NCBI GenBank assembly: GCA_945861685.1
Contig: CAMAVO010000001.1
Location: forward strand, 1-53,738
Direction of reading: 5' to 3'
Source of the DNA: Chitinophaga pinensis
Lineage (GTDB): Bacteria; Bacteroidota; Bacteroidia; SXHM01
DNA length: 53,738 nt
Below the pieces are notes generated by a model that saw only the letters and a list, made by a program, of their open reading frames with translations, did no database searches and had not been told where the DNA came from. This document shows positions 45,842 through 53,738 of the stretch, piece after piece. How positions within the stretch are numbered: the stretch's first letter is position 1; every line of letters begins with the position of its first letter. The position numbers and the translations under genes were made by a program.

Positions 45842-45880
45842 AAAAAAAGCCGTCACGCAACTTAGCGTGACGGCTTTTTT
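45842..45880. terminator. Bidirectional rho-independent terminator
   Basis: A7-gccgtcacgc-aactta-gcgtgacggc-T6, between convergent genes. Confidence 0.8.
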
Positions 45881-45897
45881 ATTTTACAAGTTTGTTT

Positions 45898-46569
45898 CTA
45901 GAGCATAAACCAAGGAACAATATCTATGCTAGCTGTTCCTCCTCCGTTTTTCAACAGAAGTTCAATATATACCAACCCAAATTTGTGATTGGCGCGGAAG
46001 GTAATTTTTTCAGCTGTCTTGTCTGATGGTGGCAACAACTGTTCAACCTTTGTGGTTTTGATGTACATAAAACCCATTGGCCAATCGTCCTGCCCGGTTT
46101 TTTCGGTTATGGTACGCACCAATTCGGTTCCGTTATCGGTAGTGAATGGATAGGTTGCGCCTACTTCATCTGCGTATTTTACAATGGTCCAGGGACGGTC
46201 GCGTTTAAAAATATCCTGTACACCTTCTGAGGTAATTTTAAATGTAAATTCTGTTGACACATTTCCGTCAGCATCTTTATACGAATCGGGAATAACGCCT
46301 GCCAACATTGCCGAATCGGGCGAGCCAGTGAGGTCAACAAACATATGGTAAGTAACTATTCCGTTGTCGTTACTGGTAACGGTCATTTCACCTGATGGCA
46401 AACTCATAGTACCAAAACTCATATAGGCTGATGAAATATTGCCTACCTGTGTAAGCTCAATATTGGTTTCGCCTCCCAAATCGTTGGGCCCTTCAGGGTC
46501 GTCTTTTTTACAGGAATTTAACGAGGTGAGCAGCGCTGCAACAAGTGCAATTGAAAAGATTTTTTTCAT
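45898..46569 (-). CDS. Hypothetical lipoprotein
   Basis: Lipobox LNSCKKD; beta-rich; no motif recognised. Confidence 0.55.
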   Translation of the reverse strand: MKKIFSIALVAALLTSLNSCKKDDPEGPNDLGGETNIELTQVGNISSAYMSFGTMSLPSGEMTVTSNDNGIVTYHMFVDLTGSPDSAMLAGVIPDSYKDADGNVSTEFTFKITSEGVQDIFKRDRPWTIVKYADEVGATYPFTTDNGTELVRTITEKTGQDDWPMGFMYIKTTKVEQLLPPSDKTAEKITFRANHKFGLVYIELLLKNGGGTASIDIVPWFML

Positions 46570-46664
46570 GATAATTATATTTTATGGTTTGGCACAAAAA
46601 TGCATGGAGCGCAGCTTGTGGACAATGACGGTGGTCAGAAAATAATGTGATTTTAGTCAATATT

Positions 46665-46720
46665 CTGGCACAATCTGGTTGCCTGGGAAAAACCGCAGAG
46701 TCGGCACAAAAATGGCTGAC
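46665..46720 (+). pseudogene. Frameshifted fragment of an ssb-like gene
   Basis: ctggcacaatctggttgcctggg.aaaaaccgcagag... matches ssb 45633-45689. The first ~37 nt are nearly identical with a 1-nt deletion. It encodes WHNLVAW / KTAESAQKWLT versus WHNLVAWGKTAELAQKYLT. Confidence 0.6.
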
Positions 46721-46760
46721 CCTCAAAAAATACTCAACCCATTGCGGGTTTTTTGAGGGT
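46719..46760 (-). terminator. Hairpin downstream of ORF 46763..47695
   Basis: accctcaaaaaa...ttttttgagggt with an inner aaccc/gggtt stem. Confidence 0.5.
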
Positions 46761-46762
46761 TT

Positions 46763-47695
46763 TTATTCCTTCACCATCCTGATATTACAAACCGTATCCC
46801 TGTTTTCGTGCAGGGTAATTTCGGGTTCAACCGATGTATAGCCTTGCAAGGTGGCGGTTAGTTTTTGTTCGTCCATCAGCGAGGTGGTGAGTACAAATTT
46901 TCCGTCAATGGCGGTGATGACTTTTTTGCGCCCATCCGCTAATTTGAGTTGCACGTGCTCAAGCGGCATACCCGTTTCGCTGTCGGTAACAGTGCCCATC
47001 ACTTTCTTTTTGTAGCCTTTGCGGGCATAATGTACGCCCCATCTGCGGGCATGTTCGCGCATGGATTCGCGCTTTTGTTCGCTGTAAAAAACCTCTGCCT
47101 CGCGCCATACTTTTTTTATTACACCGTTTGCCTCTTTGTTCAGGCGCTGAATATCTTCCTGTGCATTGTCAAGTGCATCTTTGGCATTGCTGCCGGTAGA
47201 TATCAGGTTTTTGTAAATGACAAAAATATCCTCAATCTCATCTGCCGAAGGACGGCTCATGGGTGAGCCACCCTGTGCAATACGAGCCTGCTCGCCCGTA
47301 ATTATATTTCGGGCAACGGTAGTTACCTGACGCTCTAACTGTAGAGCGGGCACTTTATCGTTTTCAACATCCAGCTGATAAAAGGCGCGATGACCTGCGG
47401 GATACTCGCCCCGTTTTACACACATATTAAATACCTGAATAAAATGCGAACAATACAGGGCTACCTTTTCGCGCATCTTTTCTTTTTCAGCCATAAGCCC
47501 AACCGACTGGGCTTTTTTTGCACCCATTTGAGCCATTTTGATGTTGTATTCGGGGTATATGGCAAGTAAACGGTCTTTAGTACGTTGGGTAAGCGGATTA
47601 TTTAAGCCTGGATTAGCGTTTTGTGTAAACGCTGTCATTAGCGCTTTCTGGCGATCGAAATTTGACTTAGGGTAGAACTTTGCCTCTGCTGACAT
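46763..47695 (-). CDS. Hypothetical protein (orphan family member 3): helical N-domain + CarboxypepD_reg-like C-domain
   Basis: 310 aa. The C-terminal VMGTVTDSETGMPLEHVQLKL...DGKFVL...LQGY pattern is typical of the carboxypeptidase-regulatory-like fold. Confidence 0.6.
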   Translation of the reverse strand: MSAEAKFYPKSNFDRQKALMTAFTQNANPGLNNPLTQRTKDRLLAIYPEYNIKMAQMGAKKAQSVGLMAEKEKMREKVALYCSHFIQVFNMCVKRGEYPAGHRAFYQLDVENDKVPALQLERQVTTVARNIITGEQARIAQGGSPMSRPSADEIEDIFVIYKNLISTGSNAKDALDNAQEDIQRLNKEANGVIKKVWREAEVFYSEQKRESMREHARRWGVHYARKGYKKKVMGTVTDSETGMPLEHVQLKLADGRKKVITAIDGKFVLTTSLMDEQKLTATLQGYTSVEPEITLHENRDTVCNIRMVKE

Positions 47696-47772
47696 TTTTT
47701 TAAGTTTTAGGTGCTAAAAATTGAATTTTGAATACAAAATATGATTTACCAAGGTGCTAATATATATATTTT

Positions 47773-47880
47773 TATACTAAAGTAAAGTTTAGTATATTCT
47801 TTTATTAATTATTTTTAAATAAACTATACTTTAGTATATACTAAAATTAAGTTTATTGTAATAATCTTAGTTTTAGTACA
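47773..47880. promoter_or_regulatory. Phased palindromes TATACTAAA/TTTAGTATA in an AT-rich leader
   Basis: TTTAGTAYA starts at 47788, 47830 and 47872 (42-bp steps). Inverted partners lie at 47773 and 47837. Confidence 0.6.
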
Positions 47881-48041
47881 AATATATATCGAAAAATGGA
47901 TGGCGGGAAGCATCTCCAAATATGCTAAAATATAGTTTTTTATAAAAAACCACCATTTAGCAGTACGGGATGGGCTGTTTTATATAGGGAATGGGAGGGA
48001 ACAGGTAAGGGAACTGCTAAAAAATAAGTGCTGATTTGTGG

Positions 48042-48512
48042 CTAAAACAAACCCTCTGCTTTACGGATAGCCTCATACCCCTCATCCACCAATAAATTTC
48101 TACTGTTAGAGGCAGCTACTGCAAGTTGGTCGCAGCGTTCATTTAAAGGATTGGCGGCATGGCCTTTTACCCACTTGAATTTTATGTGGTGTTGGGGATA
48201 AATTAAAAGAAAGCGTTTCCAGAGGTCAACATTCTTTTTGTCTTTAAATCCTTTTTTCACCCAGCCGAAAACCCAGCCTTTGTCAACCGAATCTACTACA
48301 TATTTAGAATCGGAAAAGATGGTAACGTGGCTGTTGGGCACTTTTATCATTTCCAAAGCGACAATAACGCTGAGCAGTTCCATGCGGTTATTGGTAGTCA
48401 GTCGGTAGCCCTGCGAAACTTCTTTACGGTGATGGTCTTTCAAAAGCACAATGCCGTAGCCGCCCGGTCCGGGGTTTCCAAGTGCACTGCCATCGGTGTA
48501 GATTGTAATCAT
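48042..48512 (-). CDS. rnhA: Ribonuclease HI
   Basis: ITIYTDGSALGNPGPGGYG, NNRMEL and KGHAANPLNERCDQLA. Confidence 0.95.
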   Translation of the reverse strand: MITIYTDGSALGNPGPGGYGIVLLKDHHRKEVSQGYRLTTNNRMELLSVIVALEMIKVPNSHVTIFSDSKYVVDSVDKGWVFGWVKKGFKDKKNVDLWKRFLLIYPQHHIKFKWVKGHAANPLNERCDQLAVAASNSRNLLVDEGYEAIRKAEGLF

Positions 48513-48516
48513 TTTT

Positions 48517-48650
48517 AAGCCAAGTAGGAGTTAGGCAAGTAGCCAAATAGTGGTCAGGCGCAAAGGTAAACCAAGAAGCCAAGTAGGCAAATAGGAATTA
48601 GGCAAGTAGCAATCCCTAATTGGCTAATTCCTACTTGGCTATTTGGCTTG
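48517..48650. repeat. Large word-type palindromic repeat cluster (CCAAGTAG / GCAAGTAG / CCAAATAG words)
   Basis: Forward words 48519-48610 are followed by reverse-complement words (ctaattggctaattcctacttggctatttggc). The last words supply the final plsC codons and stop. Confidence 0.85.
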
Positions 48651-49400
48651 ATTAAAAAAAGCATCCTCCCTCAAAATCACTTCTTCCTGCAATTTGTAAA
48701 CTTTTTCTTTCAGAGCGGGAATATCTTTTTCGGTCATGCCAGTGGTTTCAATTGGTTTCAGAAAACGGACACCCACCGTTCCCGGAGTAACTAATAAAGT
48801 ATCCATCGGCATCAGTGTGCGGCAGTTTAAAACCACCATGGGCAGCAAGGGCGTTTGTGTCTCTATGGCAATACGGAAAGCCCCGTCATGAAAATCTTTC
48901 AGCGGCTTGCCCGTGCGGTTGCGTGTGCCTTCAGGCATAATAAGAATGGAAGTGCCTTTACGCAACTCCTGTATCATCGTATCAATACTTGCCTTGCGAC
49001 TTTCAGGACTGCTGCGGTCAACAAACAAACAGGCAACTTTAAACAGATAACCAATTACAGGAATTTTTCCGGTCTCCACTTTTGCCAGTGTTTTATATGC
49101 CATTTTTATGGACGAGCCGCAGGCAAACAAATCCAACGTTGAGGAATGTGTGCCCGCAATTACATACGCACGGTTAGGGTCAATATTCTCGTAGCCCGTA
49201 AAATCCTGTTTCATAAAACTGAGCGCAAACCATATATCACTCCAGAAGCGATAATACTTCATCAACGGACGGATATAATTTTTACCTCCTGCTATAATTA
49301 TTAGCGGAGTAATAAAAATGCTCACTGCCACAAACAGAAAAAACACCAGATAACTCCAAACGGAATATAGTGGCTGAATAATTTTGAAGAGTGTTTTCAT
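48639..49400 (-). CDS. plsC: 1-acyl-sn-glycerol-3-phosphate acyltransferase
   Basis: AGTHSSTLD (HX4D) and MPEGTR motifs, with an N-terminal TM helix. Confidence 0.85.
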   Translation of the reverse strand: MKTLFKIIQPLYSVWSYLVFFLFVAVSIFITPLIIIAGGKNYIRPLMKYYRFWSDIWFALSFMKQDFTGYENIDPNRAYVIAGTHSSTLDLFACGSSIKMAYKTLAKVETGKIPVIGYLFKVACLFVDRSSPESRKASIDTMIQELRKGTSILIMPEGTRNRTGKPLKDFHDGAFRIAIETQTPLLPMVVLNCRTLMPMDTLLVTPGTVGVRFLKPIETTGMTEKDIPALKEKVYKLQEEVILREDAFFNQAK

Positions 49401-49412
49401 TATAAAAAGTGT

Positions 49413-49476
49413 TCACCACAGATTACACAGATTATCACAGATAAAATCTGAGCAAATCTGTGTAATCTGTGGTGAG
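49413..49476. repeat. Word-type palindromic repeat (CACAGAT words)
   Basis: tcaccacagattacacagattatcacagat-aaaatctgagca-aatctgtgtaatctgtggtga. Confidence 0.85.
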
Positions 49477-49479
49477 TAT

Positions 49480-50208
49480 TCATCGTGTTAATACTATATA
49501 ATCATTCAGCAGCGTTTCCAAAAAAGTAATTTTATCTTTTGGTATTTCTGCAATATCTAAAACATCGCGCAGTTTCTGCACCAGCATATCCAGCGCTTCT
49601 TTGTGTGCTGTGTTGTTATATTTTTTGGTGCGTTCAATCACTGATTTTATCAGCAGCATATCGCTCTCGCTCAGTCCGCGCACCTGCGGATATTTTGGCT
49701 CGTAATTTTCACGCGTGTTGATGCGCAGCACATCCGCGATTTCAATATTTAATGACGAGCGCGTTTTAATAACTGTAGTATGCGCCAGCATATCGCCCAG
49801 TCGCTGTCCGCGCACAGTAGAGTTCACAAGCACCGCAGCAATAGTGCCTGACGAAAACCAAATATCAACCAACCTGAACGCCCAGCGAATCAAATAATCA
49901 CTAATCACCGGTTGCTTGCCGTTGAGCTTAGCCACTTTTATACCAATTGCTTTTTTGCCCAGCGATTGTCCGTTCATCCAAATCTCGCTCGCAGGTGAGT
50001 AGAATAAATAAAAAGGCAACAGAACCAGGTAAAGGAAATAGTTGATGTGGTCTAATGTAAAGGCCCACATCCACAAGAGATACAGCAGCAGAATAGAAAA
50101 ATTCAGAATCCAGAAATCAAGGAAGAATGCAAAGAAGCGATCGCGAAACGAAGCGAGCTCATATTCAATGGTTACATTCTGGGTGGTGGTTATTTCTATC
50201 GTTCGCAT
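49480..50208 (-). CDS. RDD-family membrane protein
   Basis: N-terminal RDR...FLD motif, three TM helices, RWAFRLVD. The C-terminal soluble domain is unknown. Confidence 0.55.
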   Translation of the reverse strand: MRTIEITTTQNVTIEYELASFRDRFFAFFLDFWILNFSILLLYLLWMWAFTLDHINYFLYLVLLPFYLFYSPASEIWMNGQSLGKKAIGIKVAKLNGKQPVISDYLIRWAFRLVDIWFSSGTIAAVLVNSTVRGQRLGDMLAHTTVIKTRSSLNIEIADVLRINTRENYEPKYPQVRGLSESDMLLIKSVIERTKKYNNTAHKEALDMLVQKLRDVLDIAEIPKDKITFLETLLNDYIVLTR

Positions 50209-50255
50209 CGGTGCGATAAAAGTAAAAAACTATTTTTGCGCTTCACAAAAAATAA

Positions 50256-51008
50256 ATGATGAACTACTTTTTACCTCTTGCATCTTGTCTCTTACTTCTT
50301 GCATCTGACTTATCAGCGCAAGTAATCGGTGGCGAATTAGTTAAACTCGAAGAGCTTTACGACAAAGGCAAATTCGAAGACTGCGCCTACAAAGCTGAGA
50401 CCTACACCGAAAGCGAGAAGTATGCAAAAAATCCTGAGCCATATCTTTATATCAGCATGTGCTATTATGAATTCCATTTCTCGGAAGACGCCAAAATAAA
50501 AGAGTATTACAAATCTGCCCTGAAAGATGCGTTGAAACATGCCGTGAAAATGAAAACCTACGATAAGGAGCTAAATTTCTACAAAGACAACAGCGAGTAT
50601 TTAGATAAACTTCGCCAGATTTGTCTGGAAGAAGCAAAAGCTCTGGTTGACAAAAAGGATTACAGCAAGGCATCCTCTTATTACTACAAACCATTGGTAA
50701 AATTAGACCCCGATAATTTTGAATTGCTGTTTGTAAAAGGTGTTTGCGATGCCCTGATGCGCAATGGCAGCGAAGCCTACAAAAGCCTGAACGATGCCAT
50801 GCCGCAACTTGAAAAAAATGCAAATGAAGGAACTTACAAAGCGCCAAAACTTATTGAAGCATCGCTTTCTGATGCATTTGTAAATTACTCAACTTTACTA
50901 AAAGACCAAAGTTATGCCGACTCGGCAAAAGCAATAATCATGTTCGGGAAAATTCTGCTGCCGGTGGATAAGGCGGTAGATGAACAGTATAAAAAGTTCA
51001 CCAATTAG
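50256..51008 (+). CDS. Secreted helical (TPR-like) hypothetical protein
   Basis: Signal peptide ending LSAQ, with helical repeat composition. Confidence 0.5.
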   Translation: MMNYFLPLASCLLLLASDLSAQVIGGELVKLEELYDKGKFEDCAYKAETYTESEKYAKNPEPYLYISMCYYEFHFSEDAKIKEYYKSALKDALKHAVKMKTYDKELNFYKDNSEYLDKLRQICLEEAKALVDKKDYSKASSYYYKPLVKLDPDNFELLFVKGVCDALMRNGSEAYKSLNDAMPQLEKNANEGTYKAPKLIEASLSDAFVNYSTLLKDQSYADSAKAIIMFGKILLPVDKAVDEQYKKFTN

Positions 51009-51012
51009 TTTT

Positions 51013-51073
51013 CGTCACCCTGAACTTGTTTAAGGGTCTTATTAGAGAGATGCTGAAACAAGTTCAGCATGAC
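51013..51073. repeat. Double-hairpin intergenic element, copy 2
   Basis: cgtcaccctgaacttgtttaagggtc...atgctgaaacaagttcagcatgac. Confidence 0.85.
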
Positions 51074-51081
51074 ATTTCTCA

Positions 51082-52170
51082 CTAAACGAACTTCTCGCCT
51101 TTAGAGATTGTAACATCATTTACAATCAACTTAATTTTCTGCTCTTCTGTTTTGCGGCAAATTAATAGTATGCCGTCTGATTCAACTACAATGCAGTCTT
51201 CAAGCCCTTCCAACACAACTAGCTTGTCTTTGGGAACATTAACGATGCAGTTTTTGGTATCGTAAACCACCACATTTTTTCCGATGATGGTATTTCCGTC
51301 TTTATTTTTGTCGGCATATTCGTAAAGCGAACCCCATGTTCCAAGGTCACTCCAGCCGATGTCGGCAGCAAGGACGTAAACATTTTTAGCTTTTTCCATC
51401 ACGGCATAATCAATGGAAATATTTTTGCAAACGGTGTATGCTTTTTTAATAAACGCTTCCTCGGCAGGCGTTCCGTAAAGAGTTTTTCCTTCACCAAAAA
51501 CCTGAAACATTTCACTAGAATGATCGCGGAAAGCACTTAAAATACTTTTTGCTGACCAGATAAAGATTCCGGAATTCCACAAAAAATCACCGCTGGCAAG
51601 AAACTGTTTTGCCATATCAAGGTCGGGTTTTTCTGTGAAGGTTTTTACCTTTTGTACTTCACCGCTGCCGTTAAGAAATTCTTTTTCGTTGAATTGAATA
51701 TAGCCGTAACCGGTATCCGGGCGTGATGGTTTTATTCCTAATGTAGTAAGCACATCATGTTTAGCTGTTATTTCCAGCGCTTTATTTATAACACTTACAA
51801 AACCTTCGGTGTTAAGAATAAGATGGTCTGATGGCGCTACTACCATATTCGCATCAGGATTTTTAGCACTGAGGCGAAAAGCAGCGTAAGCTATGCAGGG
51901 GGCTGTATTCTTGCGGCTCGGTTCGCAAATTATTTGTTCGTTAGTAAGTACAGGTAATTGCTCCTTTACCAATTCGCGGTAACTTTCATTAGTTACCACA
52001 TAAATATTTTCGGGCGGACAAACTTTTTGAAAGCGATCGTAGGTTTGTTGTATCAGCGTTTTGCCTGTTCCTAAAACGTCTAAGAATTGCTTTGGATGCG
52101 GAGTGCGGCTCATGGGCCAGAACCTTGTTCCTACCCCGCCTGCCATTATTACTACGTAATTGTTTTTCAT
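51082..52170 (-). CDS. manC: Mannose-1-phosphate guanylyltransferase
   Basis: VIMAGGVGTRFWPMSR nucleotidyl-transferase motif; 362 aa. Confidence 0.85.
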   Translation of the reverse strand: MKNNYVVIMAGGVGTRFWPMSRTPHPKQFLDVLGTGKTLIQQTYDRFQKVCPPENIYVVTNESYRELVKEQLPVLTNEQIICEPSRKNTAPCIAYAAFRLSAKNPDANMVVAPSDHLILNTEGFVSVINKALEITAKHDVLTTLGIKPSRPDTGYGYIQFNEKEFLNGSGEVQKVKTFTEKPDLDMAKQFLASGDFLWNSGIFIWSAKSILSAFRDHSSEMFQVFGEGKTLYGTPAEEAFIKKAYTVCKNISIDYAVMEKAKNVYVLAADIGWSDLGTWGSLYEYADKNKDGNTIIGKNVVVYDTKNCIVNVPKDKLVVLEGLEDCIVVESDGILLICRKTEEQKIKLIVNDVTISKGEKFV

Positions 52171-52175
52171 TCTCT

Positions 52176-52252
52176 CGTCACCCTAAACTTGTTTCAGGGT
52201 CTTATTAATATTATATCAGATTTACAGATGCTGAAACAAGTTCAGCATGACG
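52176..52252. repeat. Double-hairpin intergenic element, copy 3 (longer central spacer)
   Basis: cgtcaccctaaacttgtttcagggtc...atgctgaaacaagttcagcatgacg. It fills the whole gap between the aminotransferase stop and the manC start. Confidence 0.85.
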
Positions 52253-52258
52253 ATTTCT

Positions 52259-53554
52259 TTAACCTTTCTTCAATTTTGAAAGCGCAGTGCGCAGTTGTGC
52301 AATTACTTTTTCAATGTCTTCGGTTTTTACAGTGCCTATGGAAAGGCGATACCAGTTTGATTCGCTTGAAGTGCCAAAAGCAAAGAAAGGAACTAATGCT
52401 GTTTTTGCTTCATCCAATAAATAGCTGGTAATATCCTGTGTAGTGGAAAGTGTTTTTCCTGTTTCGGTTTTGTAACCGTGCAGCGCGAACTGAACAGTAA
52501 GGTACATAGCACCTTGCGGAGCAATTGAATCCACTGCAAATCCTTCGTTTTTTAATGACTGAAAGCCATTGTAAAAACCGGCTAAACGTTCAGAAACACT
52601 TTTATTTATCCATGTTAAATATTCGTCCACTTCACTTTCTTTTTCCAGAAAAACAGAGGTTGCAACCTGCTCTGCTTTTGGCGACCATGCTCCCACGTGT
52701 GAAAGCAATGCGCGCATTTTGTCAATTATTTTTTGCGGACCAAATGCCCAACCAACACGAACACCTGTTGAAGCAAATGCTTTTGAAATTCCATCAATGT
52801 AAATGGTGTAGTTACGCATTTCGGGGCGCAGACTAACGGGATCATAATGCTTGTTTCCCGTCATGGTTAACGCCCAGTAAATCTGGTCATACATGAGATA
52901 AAGCGGTTTTCTGCCTTCTTCACGCTTTGCATTTTCTTCCAGAATTAAATCACAGATTTGTTCAAGCCCTTCTTTGCTGAACATGGTTCCTGTAGGGTTA
53001 AGCGGTGAACAAAGAGCAACAACAGTTGCATCGGCTAAATGAGGTTTTAAATCCAGTGCCGATGGCATAAATTTGTTTTCGGCAGTGGTTTCTATCTCTA
53101 CTTTTTTGCACGAAGAAAGATGTGTGTAGTGATTATTATTCCAGCTTGGAACGGGGTAGATTACAGTGTCGCCCGGATCTAAAAGAGCTGTGAAGGTTGC
53201 ATAAATCAACGGACGCGCACCTGCCGAAATCAGAATTTGGTTTTCGGTATAATCCAGATGTCCTTTACGTTTCAAGTATTTTGAAACAGCTTTGCGCAGT
53301 TCAGGAATTCCATTTGCTGCAGGATAATTGGTTTGGTTGTTTTCGTAAGCTTTTATTATTTCGGCTTTCAACCCGTCTGGAATGGGAAATATAGTGGAGT
53401 TAAAATCTCCGATGGTGAGGTTGTATATTTTTTCACCGTTCTTAATCTTCTCGTTCACCTCGTTAGCGATTTTTATGATCTCGCTGGCAATAAGGTTCTC
53501 GGCTACTTCGGATACGATTAATTCGCGGGTGGTGGTGGCTGCCATTATATTCAT
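52259..53554 (-). CDS. Class I/II PLP-dependent aminotransferase
   Basis: SPLNPTG and ISKAFASTGVRVGW (PLP Lys) motifs; 431 aa. Confidence 0.85.
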   Translation of the reverse strand: MNIMAATTTRELIVSEVAENLIASEIIKIANEVNEKIKNGEKIYNLTIGDFNSTIFPIPDGLKAEIIKAYENNQTNYPAANGIPELRKAVSKYLKRKGHLDYTENQILISAGARPLIYATFTALLDPGDTVIYPVPSWNNNHYTHLSSCKKVEIETTAENKFMPSALDLKPHLADATVVALCSPLNPTGTMFSKEGLEQICDLILEENAKREEGRKPLYLMYDQIYWALTMTGNKHYDPVSLRPEMRNYTIYIDGISKAFASTGVRVGWAFGPQKIIDKMRALLSHVGAWSPKAEQVATSVFLEKESEVDEYLTWINKSVSERLAGFYNGFQSLKNEGFAVDSIAPQGAMYLTVQFALHGYKTETGKTLSTTQDITSYLLDEAKTALVPFFAFGTSSESNWYRLSIGTVKTEDIEKVIAQLRTALSKLKKG

Positions 53555-53648
53555 CTGGTTAGAATTCCGTTGGTTGGTGGCAAAGATAAAAAAATGGTGT
53601 TTGGGCGGAAATTATTTTTGAACTCCCACCCAATGCTCCTTAATTCTT

Positions 53649-53738
53649 CTATTCTGCTGCTTTTGCAGGGTTCAGCAAGTCGTAAAACTGGTCGAGTTTA
53701 GGCAGAATGATGATGCGTGTTCTGCGGTTAGTGGCGCG
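53649..53738 (-). CDS. OmpA/MotB-domain protein, C-terminal fragment (gene continues beyond window end)
   Basis: The minus strand reads ...RATNRRTRIIILPKLDQFYDLLNPAKAAE-stop, and NRRT.I.I.PKL is the typical OmpA-like C-terminal end. Stop at 53649-53651. Confidence 0.6.
   Translation of the reverse strand, partial: RATNRRTRIIILPKLDQFYDLLNPAKAAE

Overview
This window looks like a chromosomal segment of a Bacteroidota bacterium. Evidence: TAnnTTTG -7 boxes lie a few nt before many start codons, there is a T9SS C-terminal-domain propeller protein, and the DUF6089-like/uppS/bamA/skp/skp/murI synteny is present. All calls were made by eye from the sequence and ORF track, with no searches. Most of the window is housekeeping: lipB, a SIS isomerase, recO, a porZ-like gene, an M20 dipeptidase, an S46 peptidase, mnmG, ybeY, lepA, ALDH+deoC, an MBL hydrolase, the uppS-bamA-ompH-ompH-murI block, fbp, purB, ssb, rnhA, plsC, manC, an aminotransferase and a partial ompA-like gene. 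No rRNA, tRNA, CRISPR array or cas gene was seen. Things that stand out: (1) A 315-bp intergenic array holds seven AAAATATGTACGGA motifs spaced only at multiples of 21 bp (42/63 bp, 147-bp super-period), upstream of an orphan ORF. (2) A second orphan ORF has a similar 42-bp-phased palindrome array upstream, and a third has a very AT-rich leader; the three ORFs look distantly related. (3) A Fic-gene cassette sits in the 3' end of lepA between perfect 42-bp direct repeats, next to a truncated PKD gene. (4) A 5-gene operon of unknown function encodes four lipoproteins plus a Tat-exported DUF1501-like protein, one with a PSCyt-like C-x4-CH domain. (5) A 193-aa protein has a CHAT/caspase-like His...Cys signature. 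(6) Intergenic 'word' palindromic repeats are unusually dense; one is inserted in frame inside ybeY and others supply gene starts or ends. (7) A promoter-to-terminator unit contains an (AC)9 tract and a 29-codon sORF. (8) There is a decayed IS200/IS605 tnpA and a frameshifted ssb fragment. Many ORF-track starts were trimmed because they read through repeat elements.
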